Notes under the pieces: model-generated
Databases searched by the model: none
The model's input: only the letters and a program-made list of their open reading frames with translations
What the model was told of the DNA's origin: nothing
From: Epithemia pelagica
Taxonomy: Eukaryota; Protista; Bacillariophyta
Length of the DNA: 64,000 bases
Assembly: GCA_946965045.2 (NCBI GenBank)
Contig: OX337240.1
Location: 3,038,001 to 3,102,000 of the forward strand
Direction of reading: 5' to 3'
In this document: in pieces, positions 1 to 12,245 of the stretch
How the letters are laid out: each line of letters begins with the position of its first letter
How positions within the stretch are numbered: position 1 is the first letter of the stretch
Translations under genes and position numbers: made by a program

Positions 1-528
1 AACGGGCGGCGACGATTGTGCCGCGCTGGCGGCTGCTTCGGGTCCCACCACTCTGGAGGAGGAGGAGGAGGAGGAATTGGAACACTGTGAGAAATGATGG
101 CCTGTAGCAGCACCGCAGTGCGTGGAGCCATGCGGTTCCTCTTGTTGCGGTTCTGGTTGTCGACAGTGTTGGGACAAGAGCATCAATTTCTTATTTTGTG
201 CCTTGAGGCGTCGCTGCTTCTTTTTGGTGTATGCCACGGCTCGCTTCCACTCGGCCATTCGTTTCAGGTACATGGCCTTTTCCTGATTCGCCAGTTCTTG
301 TAGTTCCGCCTTGGATTCGGGATCAATCACATTCCATTTGGCTGCAATCGTTTTGGCCATTTCGGCAAACCCAAGGGAAGCGGGGGATGACGAGGTCGTC
401 GCGTGGACATTGGTTTGTGGACCATGACTGCCGTGTTCCTCTTGTGCCACCAGTAGTCGTTGCCGTTCTTGTTGAAAAAACAAATTGTAGGCGGACAAGG
501 GGCGCTTGGGTTTCTCCAAAACGACCAT
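1..528 (-). CDS. HMG-box protein, 5' part (ORF runs off the left edge of the window)
   Basis: Manual translation from ATG 528 gives MVVLEKPKRPLSAYNLFFQQER...LGFAEMAKTIAAKWNVIDPESKAELQELANQEKAMYLKRMAEWK, a canonical HMG-box pattern. No stop before position 1, so it is absent from the ORF track. An alternative in-frame ATG lies at 729. Confidence 0.9.
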   Translation of the reverse strand, partial: MVVLEKPKRPLSAYNLFFQQERQRLLVAQEEHGSHGPQTNVHATTSSSPASLGFAEMAKTIAAKWNVIDPESKAELQELANQEKAMYLKRMAEWKRAVAYTKKKQRRLKAQNKKLMLLSQHCRQPEPQQEEPHGSTHCGAATGHHFSQCSNSSSSSSSRVVGPEAAASAAQSSPPV

Positions 529-946
529 GCTGTTGCTACCGTGATATTCTTCGTAATTCGGCTGCAAACGGGGAGGCAAAGGACCACAAAGATGGATTGA
601 GAATGACCATGTTGAGATAACATTCGTACCAACGACAACAACAAGCAACAACAACGACAACGACAGCAGCAACGACAACAACAACGGCGCCAAACCGTCC
701 CTCCCATGACTTACAGTGTTGGTAACCATCGACTGTCGTAACTGTGGCACTGCTCTTCCCAAAGCCCAAAGCCCTTTGTCCTTTGTATTCTCTTTTGCGT
801 GTAGATCTACTCTCTTGTTTCCGTTCCACGCCGAAGGGCAACCGCAGATTATGCTCAAAAAATATGAGAACCGTCGTTCGCATAACGACTCGCTCTTCAC
901 TTGCTCCTTGCTCCCGCAAACCGCAAACCCTCAGCCAATAATTTAA

Positions 947-1651
947 CCCTTTCAGCCCGGCACTTTTTTTGGCCCGGTCACTGACAAATTTGTCACCAAA
1001 AATACATAACAAAATTGCAATCCAGTTAACAAAATGCCACGTGAGTTATGACCAACAACTCGTGATTCAAAAAATGATGACAATATCGTCATTTTCCAAA
1101 CTTGGTATCACAAGATCAATGATCACTTTCAAACGAAGAGGAGGTGAGTCCTGGGCGAACACTCCCTATAGATTAGGCATACGTGGAGTGACGTGGATTG
1201 ATATACCCAAAGAGTATTTTGACTTTTTTGTTAGGTAGTTTGTGCGGTCACTCAAAAAGTGAAATGACTGACATATTTGTCAAAAATAAGACTGGTCTGT
1301 TCAAAGGGAAGGATCAAATTGTATGTGTCGGATTCGAGATAAGCCCATAGATCGAATCGTCTTTCAGCGCTCTTTCGATTGAGCCTGTATATGTCTTGCG
1401 AAATTTAGATATACATCGTTGAATATTTGGTTAAAGTTTGCCCAACGAAACTCTAGTACTGAAAACCCTAATGGGGTTTGTGTGGCACAGGTGTAAGAAG
1501 ACTACGTGAGTCTCGCGTGTGAATGACCTTAGGGGTACGAGCCGCGCGCAACCATAAAACTTTGGAGCGCGATATCTCGAGAGAAGGATTTTTGAAAAAT
1601 CCTTCCGTTTGAACAGACCAGTCTTAAATTTGACTTGCCGGGCTGAAAGGG
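947..1651. mobile_element. piggyBac-type non-autonomous element (MITE), 705 bp
   Basis: Perfect 16-bp TIR CCCTTTCAGCCCGGCA (947-962) / TGCCGGGCTGAAAGGG (1636-1651), flanked on both sides by TTAA (943-946, 1652-1655). CCC...GGG termini with a TTAA TSD are the piggyBac signature. No transposase ORF inside. Confidence 0.85.
1279..1634. repeat. Internal 36-bp inverted repeat pair inside the piggyBac-type MITE
   Basis: GTCAAAAATAAGACTGGTCTGTTCAAAGGGAAGGAT (1279-1314) vs ATCCTTCCGTTTGAACAGACCAGTCTTAAATTTGAC (1599-1634), 3 mismatches. Also an 11-bp-arm palindrome GAAGGATTTTT-G-AAAAATCCTTC at 1583-1605. Confidence 0.8.
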
Positions 1652-2950
1652 TTAAGCTGCGTGATTGGTCTGCGTGTTCCTTGGACTGTTCTTTTCATTC
1701 TTGGCTGGTCTGACGTTGCAGTTTCGCTTGTTCCATCGGAGCAGTTCCAGTCACAGATGGATACCGAATATGATTGATATAGAGATCTTTCTTTGCGACC
1801 GTCTGCGACCACTTTAGGTAGAGCAATCGCACAAGATCCGCCGACATCTATCTATTTAGCTACCTAAACTCGGGGATTGACTCCTCCTCTAGAGGAGTAG
1901 TAGAGTCAATACTCCTACGAGTAGGGCTAGTAGTGATTTCGTCCAGCAGTTCCATGGGATGCTGCGTCACGTAATCCGATGAAAGAATGAAACCAAGGAA
2001 CATCCAACGAGTAGAGAAACATCAAACAGGCGTTCGATCTATATAAAAATTTAAATTTGTCTGTGCCTTGGAAGCAAGGATGAACATGTTTGGTTCGGTA
2101 CTGCGAATATGAGGGATCCACGAAGGAACAAGTTTTGGGGGGTACCAACCCAGCGAGAAAGAGGTAGTACCCTCTCGGGAACTTTGTTGCAACACGATTC
2201 AATCGCGCGTTCGAACCAACAGGCCCTCTTGATGAGAGGGATAGTTCTCCTTTTCATAGCCGTGCTACAATGGTGGAACCCCGGTGGTTCTCGACACAAA
2301 ATACAAGAGTCCGAACCAAATGGATTGTTGGTCCTCGTGGAGCGACAAGAACAATGGTCTGGAGGAGATGGATATTCTTGGGTTGGGAGTTCCCAATAAT
2401 CGTACTAGAGGAGTACTTTGTTCAAGCCGAGAGGGAATGGTGATTTCGATTCCATAGATTCCTTCCCATACATGGCATTTTTTGCAAGGTCTCTTCCGAT
2501 GATGGGTCGCGCATTCGACGCTCACCGTTTGGCATTTGGCACGACTCAAACGACCTACATCCCATCGATATGATTCCTATTGTTTAAAAAAGAAAGTGAA
2601 AAGTATAATAGTCTGTCGACAGGTTGTACGAGATGGGGTCGCGCGACCGTCCAAGAATCAAACGACAACACAACCAAAAGACAAAACAAACGAGGACAAA
2701 AGGGTCCGTGAAAGATAGCGAGAAAAAGAAGATTGATTCATCCTCCATTGATGAGGAGTCGGTGACAGCGTCGGAGGCTCTGTTTCTGTTTTGAGTTCGT
2801 GTGGTGTGGATTCCAATCGCTTTTCCAGTGAGGAGAGAGATTCTCCAGATTCCTCTCCTCCTTCCTGATAATTGAAAAGGATCGAGTCTCTTGCACACTC
2901 TCTCTTTCAGGCTCTTTTTGTCGTCCAGTCCAACTAGAATTGTCCACAGA

Positions 2951-5900
2951 ATGGCAGTGCCATCCCAGATGCAAGTTCCACCGCAACCAGTATCCTCCTC
3001 CTCCTTATCGGAACAACCACACGATGAAGCACTTCACCACCAACATCATCATCATCAACAACAACAACAACCAGTCCTTGCTGCTGCCGCCGCTTCCTTG
3101 TCTTCTTCTTCTTCTGCGATACTGGATCCACCGACGGCATTGGTGGCGGATACGGTCGCCGTCGCCGTACCAGAACAAGAGGACGAGGAGGAGCCAGCCA
3201 CAGTCGTGCCGCCTCATCACGAGCAGGAGGAACAACAGGCAGCTGAAGTGCGGGCCGTGATTGTGGCGCAATCGGGCTATCATCTCTACCATCCGCCAGT
3301 GGTAGAACCATGGATATCACCTCCCACCGTGCCAGCCGCACCTCCACCCTCCTCGGCGCAACAGTGGCTCCAGTCTCCTCACGACGACGAAGAAGAGGAA
3401 GCCAAGGAAGAAATTGTACACACCGAAGACGATGCTCAATCTCATCATCATCGACAACAGCAGCAGCAGCAAGTGTCGCCATCATGGTTGTCTCCAGTGG
3501 TATCCAATACGACAGCCATTGCGGTCGTGGAGGAGGAACAGGAAACTACTGCTCCAGCACCACCCTTGGTGGTCGAATCCACAGGGGCACCACCCTCTTT
3601 GGCGGGCATGCCAACCTATCATACTGATACTTCGTCTTCTGTGGTGGAACCCGTTGTGGCTGTGTTGGAAGAACCGAATCATCCAGGTGGTTCCACCACA
3701 GTACCATCAGCCGTTGCCGCCGCCGTTGTAGCACCTTCTTCTGTTTTGTCGTCGTCCTCCGCATCCTTTCATGCCTTGGACGATCACGGGGATCCCGACC
3801 ACGATTCCGAATTGGCCGCCTTGAAACGAGCCGCACTCTTTGGTCGCACCACCCTGCGCGAAACAACGACACTGGCTGGATCCTCTTTTGACAACAGCAA
3901 CAGCAATCCTCCCAACCACCACACGACTTTCTCCGGCACGCTGGTGGGCGGCTGTGTGCCACCTCAACCCCATTTCCCGGACGAAGATTTGGATTTGTAC
4001 TTTGCCCGCACCTGTGAATTTTGGAATGCCGTGGCCCTCGATCAGTACAGTCATTGCTCGTCGAATGGCAGTATTCGATTGGATGGAATCATGGAAGATT
4101 CCATGCGATTGGCCCGACATCATTATCAAGCCTTTTCTAATTCTACTACTTCCTCTCCATGGATATCCTCATCTTACGAAAAGAATCCTTGCGAGGAATC
4201 GGCCACTGTGGTGGAAATTACTCACGAACCTGTCCATCCATCCGATTTGTCGGCTGTGCGAGCCGAATGGGTGGGACCCGCGGATCCAGTATCCACAACC
4301 ACCACAACGACAACCATGCACACTCCCGAGGGACCGCCACCCGTGGCAGCCGCAGCAACTGCTGCGGCGTCCATGTACTTTGATGAGACTGCCGAAGCCA
4401 CTGTGATTGATAGTGTCCCAGCCAGCAAGGCTGAAGGACAAGTCTTGTGGCAACAACATGAACAACAGCACCTGCCACCACACCAGTCCGCCTCGGAAGA
4501 AGCATTGTACCATCATCACCACGCGCACGTCTTGTCGTCCAATCCAGACACGGTCGAGACCGAGGACATGTCGTTTCAGGAATCCTGTTCCTCGCTGGAT
4601 CGCAAACCACCCGCCGTGGACCGGCCCGTTGCTCTTCCAACTACAAGCAGTAATCCGTCCGTCGTTTTGGAACCTAACGAGGATGGTGCGTCTGTCTATC
4701 ATCCCTTGGCCGTCTCGTCCTCGGTGGCGGCCGCGGCAGGCGTGGCCACGCCCGTTGTTTCGTCGAATAGCACCCAATTGGCAGTACCAACCGCTGCTGC
4801 GGCAGTGGCGGATCCCGAAGCCGAAGTGGTGTGTATTGAAGAGGACGACGAGGATCCTCGGTATTGGCGGCATCCCTTGGAACAACCATCACAACAAGAC
4901 CGACACGATGAACCACATGCGACGGCACAAGCCGAACCGGTGGGAACCGATTATACCTATTCTGCGGAATCCGACACAACCGTATCTCGTCGTGTGGGTC
5001 ATGAGCACAATGCCACTGTTCCAAATGACAATGACTACAGCCATGTAGAAGTCAGTGAAGCAGTCGTAGATACGACGAATGTAAACTATTCCAACAGCCA
5101 CAATGCCGCCGATACAGAAGCAGAGGTGGTGTGCATTGAAGAAGATGACGAATATCATCATCCCACCGAGCATTTGGAAGACGCCCAAGCCCAACCGGTA
5201 GGGACCAGTAGCTACAATTATGCCTCGGCCACGGCTGTAACAGACGAACACGACGACATGCCGGACACGTCATCATCTCTTCCAGTCGAGTCTACGACCG
5301 CCATTGTGGTAGAGGAAACAGAGGTTGTGTCGCAATCTCCTGCGACCATTCCATCGGCACAGGCCACCATGTATTCCCCGGAACAACCTTCTGTGGTCGT
5401 CTCGACGCCTGTCACGACAGAAAATGACATTGTGGTGGCTACCCCCACCGAACTGGATTCATCGTCGACGAACGGCGTCATTTATGGCATGACAACACCG
5501 CCACCAGCATCGTCCAGGCCCACGGCCGTGTTGCAAGAAACGTGGGAAACTCCAGTCACGGCCACGGCAACACCATCCACCACACCGCTCACGGCAGAAT
5601 CGACAGTCGATGCCAGGAATGTCCATGCCGTCCTCCTCGTTAATGAAGAAGAAACACCAGTGGTCCAAGGTCAACGGGTCGATCCGGACATGACCAATTC
5701 CGTCGAACCACATCCCGTGGAAGCTGCCGTCATGACCACTCCGATTGGTGATGATGAGAATGACGAAGCTACTCGTTCGCATCGAGCACTGGACAAATTG
5801 TCGTGGAACGACGAGAATGACGACCAGGACCAACCGCATCGCCCAGAATCCACAAGCGATTCACAAAATGACAACCTTTCGACTGCTGTACGCTCCGGCG

Positions 5901-7816
5901 CAACCGCTATGACTCATGAAGCAGGAACTTCTTCTTCCTCCTCGCAGGGGTTGCCTCCACGTGTTCCACCGCCATCTTCTGCTTCTTCTTCGGCGTCGGC
6001 TTCCCATGGACGATCTCACGGGGACACGGTTCCAGAATGGCTCCGAGAAACACCGCCGCCACCCGCAAGAGCCACAATTGGTGATTCCGATCGCCAAGAA
6101 ACGACTCAGTCCACAACGAGTAGCAATGCTTCTCAACGAAGTCAATTGCAATTGGTACGTAACACGGCGCTCGAGCCAGGGCATGTATTCGGTTGGATGG
6201 AGCTCCCACACTAATATAAACTGTCTATGCTTTCGACAGGTATCGGAACGGGCGTCCCAAATGACGGCGCATTTGGCGAGGAGTACTGGAAATGTCATGG
6301 AAAGTCTCTTTGGGGAAGCCAAGCCTCCTCTGTTGGGTCGACGTGGGAGAGCAACGACCAATGACGTGGCACAGTCCATCACACCTCGGACCTTGTTGCC
6401 CTGGTCCGTAATTCAAAATTCCAGCAACCGAACGGTACGCTACATCGAAATGTGTGGATAGGTTTTGAATTCAAGTCCCATTCTCACCCATGATGTTTTT
6501 CTCAGTGGGTTGCGACGTTGCAAACCAATCAAAAGGCGTTGGATAGCAAGAATGTAAAAGAAGCATCCAAGTCATTGAAAGCCTTTAGCTTACCATCCGA
6601 GAAACAGGCAATATGTCTGGCCAAATCGTGGACACCACCGCGAATGGTACAATTCAAAGAAAGTCCTTCTTGTCACATTTGTCGTGTTCGTTTTGCGATC
6701 TTACGACGCCCCTGTCACTGTCGAAATTGCGGCGTATGTATTTGCAAAGACTGTGCTGCTCCATGGCCGTCCAAGATGATCCCCGAAACGTACAATATAA
6801 AGAAAGAAAGCATGGTCCATTCCTGCAAAGCATGTGATTGGCTGTGTAATTCGTTTCGCCTTGCATTGTTGGAAGGCAAGATGGACGAGGCAGTCGCATT
6901 GCATGCCACAGGGAACGTCAACCTCACCACGCCATTTGCTAATGTAAAGGGAGAAGAATTCTACCCAGTTCACTGTGCCGTTCTTGGCGGTAACCTCATG
7001 CTTCTGAAATGGCTCGTGGACGATAACTGTTGTCCTATCAAATCTGTTCGCGTGAGTGGAAAAGCCAAGGAATTGTCCAATCGGTATACACCCATTGTCA
7101 CATCGAAAGGACGATCTCTTCTTGGAATCGCCATGGAGAATGAAGTCGTGGACATTGTTCGTTACCTTGTCGTTAACAAAGGTATATCGATTGCTGGAGA
7201 AAAGGATGTCACTCCAGGAATGCTCATGAGAAATCTGGACAAGGTACTCCGACTCATGCCGGACGCGACCCGAGGAAACAGCCAGCAGGGCCGACGCTCT
7301 CCCCATGCTCCAGCCGTGGAAACGGAACCCCCACCAGAAGAATCACCGTCGTACAATGCAGCAGAGGAACGGGCCTTGTATGAGTCCATGGTGGCCCAAC
7401 AATCGCTTCCTCCGCCTAGTGCCCCCGCCTACGATCCAGACGAACATGCCTATGGTCTTCGAGACGATGCTGTGCATTCTTTCGGCAGTCCATGGGTTCC
7501 TCAGCAGTCGGCTCATCGGAGAGCTCCCACGAGCAGTAGTACGGGAACATCGACTGGAATGATGGACAGTCAGTGGGAACAGGATCTAGCGGGTACCTCT
7601 GTGGACGACAACCCTTCTGTACAAGAGGGGAAAAGCGGTGAAAGCAAGGAAGATGAGGATGATGATGAAGAATGCATCATTTGCTATGACAATAAGATTG
7701 ACTGTGTCGCCACTCCTTGTGGACATCAAATGTGCTGTTTGAAATGTTCCAAGAACATTTCCAGGTGTCCAGTATGTGCGCAAGATTGCGGCTTCCTTCG
7801 AGTCTTTCGACCATGA
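2951..7816 (+). CDS. FYVE-finger + C-terminal RING (C3HC4) protein with a long acidic disordered N-terminus; predicted join(2951..6154,6240..6434,6506..7816), about 1569 aa
   Basis: Two phase-0 GT-AG introns (6155-6239, 6435-6505) join three ORF-track frames in register. FYVE-like CHICRVRFAILRRPCHCRNCGVCICKDC...CKAC; ankyrin-like PVHCAVLGGNLMLLKWLV and LLGIAMENEVVDIVRYLV; RING CIICYDNKIDCVATPCGHQMCCLKCSKNISRCPVC. Confidence 0.85.
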
Positions 7817-8127
7817 GCCGACGTTGGTGCTTGCTTGGATATAGGATTGGTCCTACTCAGATTCGGCACCACACGGCTCTCATTTCTTTGCGGTCTGTTC
7901 TTGCTCGGTTAGTATGCTAGGATACCTTCATGTATGGTGTCTCGCAGAGGTACCAAAAGCTGTTGAACATGCTTTGGGTTTTGAACCTTGCGTTACAAAA
8001 CAGATGGCTGGCGAAGGAAAAAAAATGGCGGACTGTTCAAATTGATACATTTAATGATATTATAGGTTCAGTTTCGTTTTTGCATCGTGTGTCGATTTCT
8101 GTGACAGTACCAACGTTGTTCGCACAC

Positions 8128-9057
8128 TCAAGCGGCCACTGCCGCAATTTCCCTTGGTGCATACAACTGTCCAAAGTACTGTTGGTCATCCATGTGTTGT
8201 TGGAGGAAGAGTGTCATTTGTTGCACCCGTTCGGCTTCCACGGCATAGACGTCACGATGGGACCAGCAGACGGATTTGAGTGCATTTAATGCCAAGGCGG
8301 CGAGAAACACCAGCGATTCCTTGTCGGTGGTCCCACAGCAGACTTTGGTACACCGTTGCACCAGCAACCGTAGATAGGTTTCCGAGGCCAACTTGAGGGA
8401 TTTGAGCGCCGTGTGCAATCTTGTTTTGGACCCCCATTGCAAGTAGACCAGGTATTCCAGAATGCCATGATTGTAAAAGATGATACTCGATTGTCGGGCC
8501 ACCAATAGACTGGTTTCCTCCAAGCCCTGCTCCATTGTTGGTGAGATGCGCATATAAATTGGAAACAACAAGGCCATTTGCATCGAGGGACAATCAGACT
8601 GAACGACTGCTGTCGCAAGTGACACTGCGTCATTTTCCTCGACTGGATGAATGGAATAAAAGGTGTTTGCATCGTCGGATGAAGGACAAACTGCATGATT
8701 CGGCAGTCGTGTGTCCATCCACGGCGCCTCTGGATGGATTGGATGCAAAGTGTTGTGACGGAAATAATGCATCATGGGAAATTGTTGTACCATTTGCTTT
8801 GTAGTGTGCTGGGGACCTTGGAGAGGTTTGGCAAAGGACTCTTGTAGCGTCGTCAAGGCGTCTCGTTGCAGTTTCAAGGCTTTACCGGAATTGCCATGCT
8901 TAAAGAGAGACACGGCCGCATTGTTCATTGCCAAGGCTTCTCGGTAGGTTTCTAGAGAGGCTTGAATCACCAATGGTTTGGCTGTCGTGCAAGGAGTGGT
9001 GCTATCGGCTTCTCCGACCGATGCGAAAACGGGGGACTGACTGTATTCCATTGACAT
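8128..9057 (-). CDS. Hypothetical helical (TPR-like) protein, about 309 aa
   Basis: Uninterrupted ORF with ALAMNNAAVSLFKHGNSGKALKLQRDALTTL and IIFYNHGILEYL, resembling TPR-like helices. First ATG is at 9057. Function not recognised. Confidence 0.6.
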   Translation of the reverse strand: MSMEYSQSPVFASVGEADSTTPCTTAKPLVIQASLETYREALAMNNAAVSLFKHGNSGKALKLQRDALTTLQESFAKPLQGPQHTTKQMVQQFPMMHYFRHNTLHPIHPEAPWMDTRLPNHAVCPSSDDANTFYSIHPVEENDAVSLATAVVQSDCPSMQMALLFPIYMRISPTMEQGLEETSLLVARQSSIIFYNHGILEYLVYLQWGSKTRLHTALKSLKLASETYLRLLVQRCTKVCCGTTDKESLVFLAALALNALKSVCWSHRDVYAVEAERVQQMTLFLQQHMDDQQYFGQLYAPREIAAVAA

Positions 9058-9949
9058 GCTCCAGGGCCTTGGTTTGGTAGGCAATGATTAACGAATGTGA
9101 TGAGTGGATCAAAAAAGTCTAATCGTGATCTATTCTTTCTTGAAACACACTCTTCTCGTTCCAATCCAACGATATGCCAATCTGTCGGTGAGAAATGTCA
9201 TGAGATTCCAGTGGCATGACTTTATATGTGAGAATTCGAAAATTCTAAATTGTAGTACCGCTACGCCCACCGAGCTACAAGCATTCATAGTATTGTATGT
9301 TTTGGACAGATTCAGCTTCACCCCATTCGCATTTTGCATTTTGCCGTCTGGTTGGGGCGAGATGAGAGACACTGCATGGAGCATGGAGCGTTCGTAGCAC
9401 GAAATAACCCTGAATTCGATGACCTTGGATGACCCTCTTTTTACAGTCCCAACTCATATCTCCTATCTATAGAAATCCGGGAAGGCTTGTTCGCCATCCG
9501 ATTCGTCTAAGAGTACGAGTACTCGGCAAACACTCTCTGCAAAATAATAATACTCATCAGGTCAAATGTCTCTACTATCGATGACTCTCGATGACCCTCT
9601 ATCTACAGTCCCAACCCATATCTATAAAAATCCGGAAAGCTACGTAAGCCTTTTAAATTTTTGTAGATTGTGTACATGTATACTGTATACTCGTATTCTA
9701 GAATTTCCGATCAGGTCTTTTTCTCTCAAAATGCGAAGCTGGCATTGCCAGCCAAACAGCTTGTGGTTTCAAGCTCAATGGAAAGAACGAGACATTAACG
9801 ACCAAACGGCATTGAGACGATGCTCGTTTTTGTCAGTTGTTGAATGGTATCATAAATTTTTGGCGGGTGACCAAACCAGGCCACAACTCACGGTTGTTTG
9901 CAGTGCTCATTTTCTGTCTCCCTCGCTATCTCGATACAAACCAACGATC

Positions 9950-11221
9950 ATGGACTCGTCTTCGACTTCGTTCCTTCCGCGCAGTTGCCTCAAGAACACA
10001 GCTCACGGCAAAAAGAATCCAGTCTTTGTGATGAATCTCCCAAAATCCGATGAAATGGACAAGAAGAATAGCAGCAATCACAAGACGATTCCTCGTTCGT
10101 CCCTGCGATCCTCTTCTCGTCCTCGCCGTCGTGGATTGGGCTTTGGTTTTTTCCAAGGCAACAACGACAAGAATAATGCTGCGGTACTCATGATTAACAA
10201 GGATCCCTCCATGCGCAGTTTGTCGAGTGAAACCTTGGCCACTGCCGATTCCTACAGCAGTGCCAGTGCTGGTGTGAACCGCTATTCGGAAGATTCAGAA
10301 GACGACGACAATCAAAGTTTGAGTGGCGATTCCTTGCTTACCACAAGTGGCCATGGTTCCAATGCCAGTTTTTATACCTCTCTTTCCTCTTCGTCACTCA
10401 TGTCGACAAACAGCAAAAAGACGGTACACTTTTGGTTCCACGACACTCCAGACGATGACAACAGCAAACACCACAGCAAATAGGATGACTTTTTGTTGGC
10501 GGATGGCAATGATTTCTGTTCCTCCTTTGCCTGTTGCGCCGATGACTTACTCCTCCCAGAACAAGACGAACCGGAACAAGAAGCCTCTTCCCTTTCCTAC
10601 AATAACAAGACCGAGGCTGGGCCGTTGTGGTCTTCTTCCAGTGCGGCTCCGGCTTCCGCAAACTCGGCCTCCTCTTCCTCGTCCAAGAATCACCAGCCAA
10701 CACACGAGGCATTCCTTCCACCACCCCAAGAATCCTTGTCGGAACAAGAGTATTGTGCCGCCTTTTGGAGCAAGGCGGAATTGACAGCCATTCAACAACA
10801 GGCCCGCAAAGAAGCGATTCGAGCCACACGCAAGGACGCCAAATTGGTTCCCTATTTGCTCTATTGTGCCGGTCAAGACGACAACCACGAGACACATTCG
10901 ACGGATGCAACCGCAAGTTTGGCACCCAAATCCCGAGGAAACCGATTGAGACGACAAACATCTTCGTCGTCCTCGTCTTCCTCGGGTGCTGCCTCGTCTT
11001 CCATGGCCGCCAATGAAGGTTTGACCTTTCAAAAGGCACTCAAGTATATTTATCTTTACGAAAGCCGACAAAGCAAAGATTCTTTGGACAATTTAGCGGA
11101 GCTCCTGCATGACACACCAGTCGCAAGCAGAAGTTGTCTATCTACGGTAGTAGGAGAGGCGTTCTTGCAAAGAGAGAGACGGCTTGTTGTTCTTTCTCCA
11201 AGGCTAAAAGATCACCGATAA
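9950..11221 (+). pseudogene. Ser-rich hypothetical protein split by one in-frame TAG (10481-10483)
   Basis: ORFs 9566..10483 and 10493..11221 are in the same frame, and composition continues across the stop (KKTVHF...HHSK*DDFLL...AFWSKAELTAI). Confidence 0.5.
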
Positions 11222-11319
11222 GAGCTCAAAATAGTCGGCTTAGAGAGAATATACATATGTATGTACTGTGGTAAAATAATGCCATGCAAGAGGGATTCAT
11301 TGAGACGTTTGTATGATGT

Positions 11320-12245
11320 TCATGGAATTACAACGGGATTACGGGCTTCTACGTTAATGGATACCGTATACTCTTCATCGTCCACGACTGCTTTCATGTA
11401 AATGGTGTAGGTTCCTTGTGCGGATGGATCGGCGTACACGAGACAGCTACCAGGATTATTGAAAAATCCGAAATTCCAAGAATTCTGCGCCACATTCTTA
11501 GTTTCAAGAAACTCCCAAAGTTCATCCAGGTCTTCAGGTTCTAGTCCATCACCTTCCTGAGTACCATTGTCACCGAACGAGTGGTCGGGGAAAATGGGAG
11601 GATCTTGTTGCTTGGTGTTCTCAGGGAGATCTGCAATATACTTCGGAACATCAAAAGGATTGACAACGGTAAAGGTAGCGTCACAAGATGGATCGCAATC
11701 CATACCAATCTCAAAGTGGGTCACATCCAGCAGCTTGAATTCAGTAGATCCATCAAAGTTAGTGTTGATAGACCACTCAAAGTTCCATTTGAAGGTTTTA
11801 AGATTCAGCACTTCGGTGAGGGTTTCAATTGGTAGCGAAACGGGAGCAGGAGTGCCTGTATTCATATTGTAGGTTCCATCGCCGTTACTTTCCGCTGCAG
11901 TGGGATTCAATGCAACAGGATATCTTATCTTGGCCCTCAAACACAATTCAATACCATCTTCGCGAGTACAGGTGTAGAATCCATTCGTGTTTCCGTCTCC
12001 AAAGATTGCATTGGGTGTGGCATCTTGGTCAAACAAAACCTCGTCCTTCTTGACTCGACGCCGGCCATTTTGACGTCTTGAGCTCTTTTTTTCCCACCGC
12101 ATTGCAAGTCTGAGGGCGACACAAGCTCGTAAGGACAGTCTAGTTCGCCATTCGCGAGAATAGCATCGAGGGGGTAGGCTCCCTGTGCCACACAGGTCTT
12201 GACTGTGTTCAGAAGAACGACTAGCAGCAAAGGTGCAATCTTCAT
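11320..12245 (-). CDS. Secreted protein resembling bacterial extracellular (PEP-CTERM-associated type) beta-rich domains; frameshifted at a 7-nt A run (T7 at 12086-12092 on +)
   Basis: Signal peptide MKIAPLLLVVLLNTVKTCVAQG (ORF 11937..12245) is one frame off the conserved-looking body (ORF 11320..12303: GDGNTNGFYT, DGIELCLRAK, SNGDGTY, WNFEWSINT, PDHSFGDNGT, NVAQNSWNFGF, DPSAQGTYTIYM). Adding one A gives a 308-aa ORF. Confidence 0.65.

Noticed and set aside
12086-12092. Programmed -1 ribosomal frameshift
   Set aside because: In the signal-peptide frame the heptamer is G_AAA_AAA, not a canonical X_XXY_YYZ site. A homopolymer indel is simpler.
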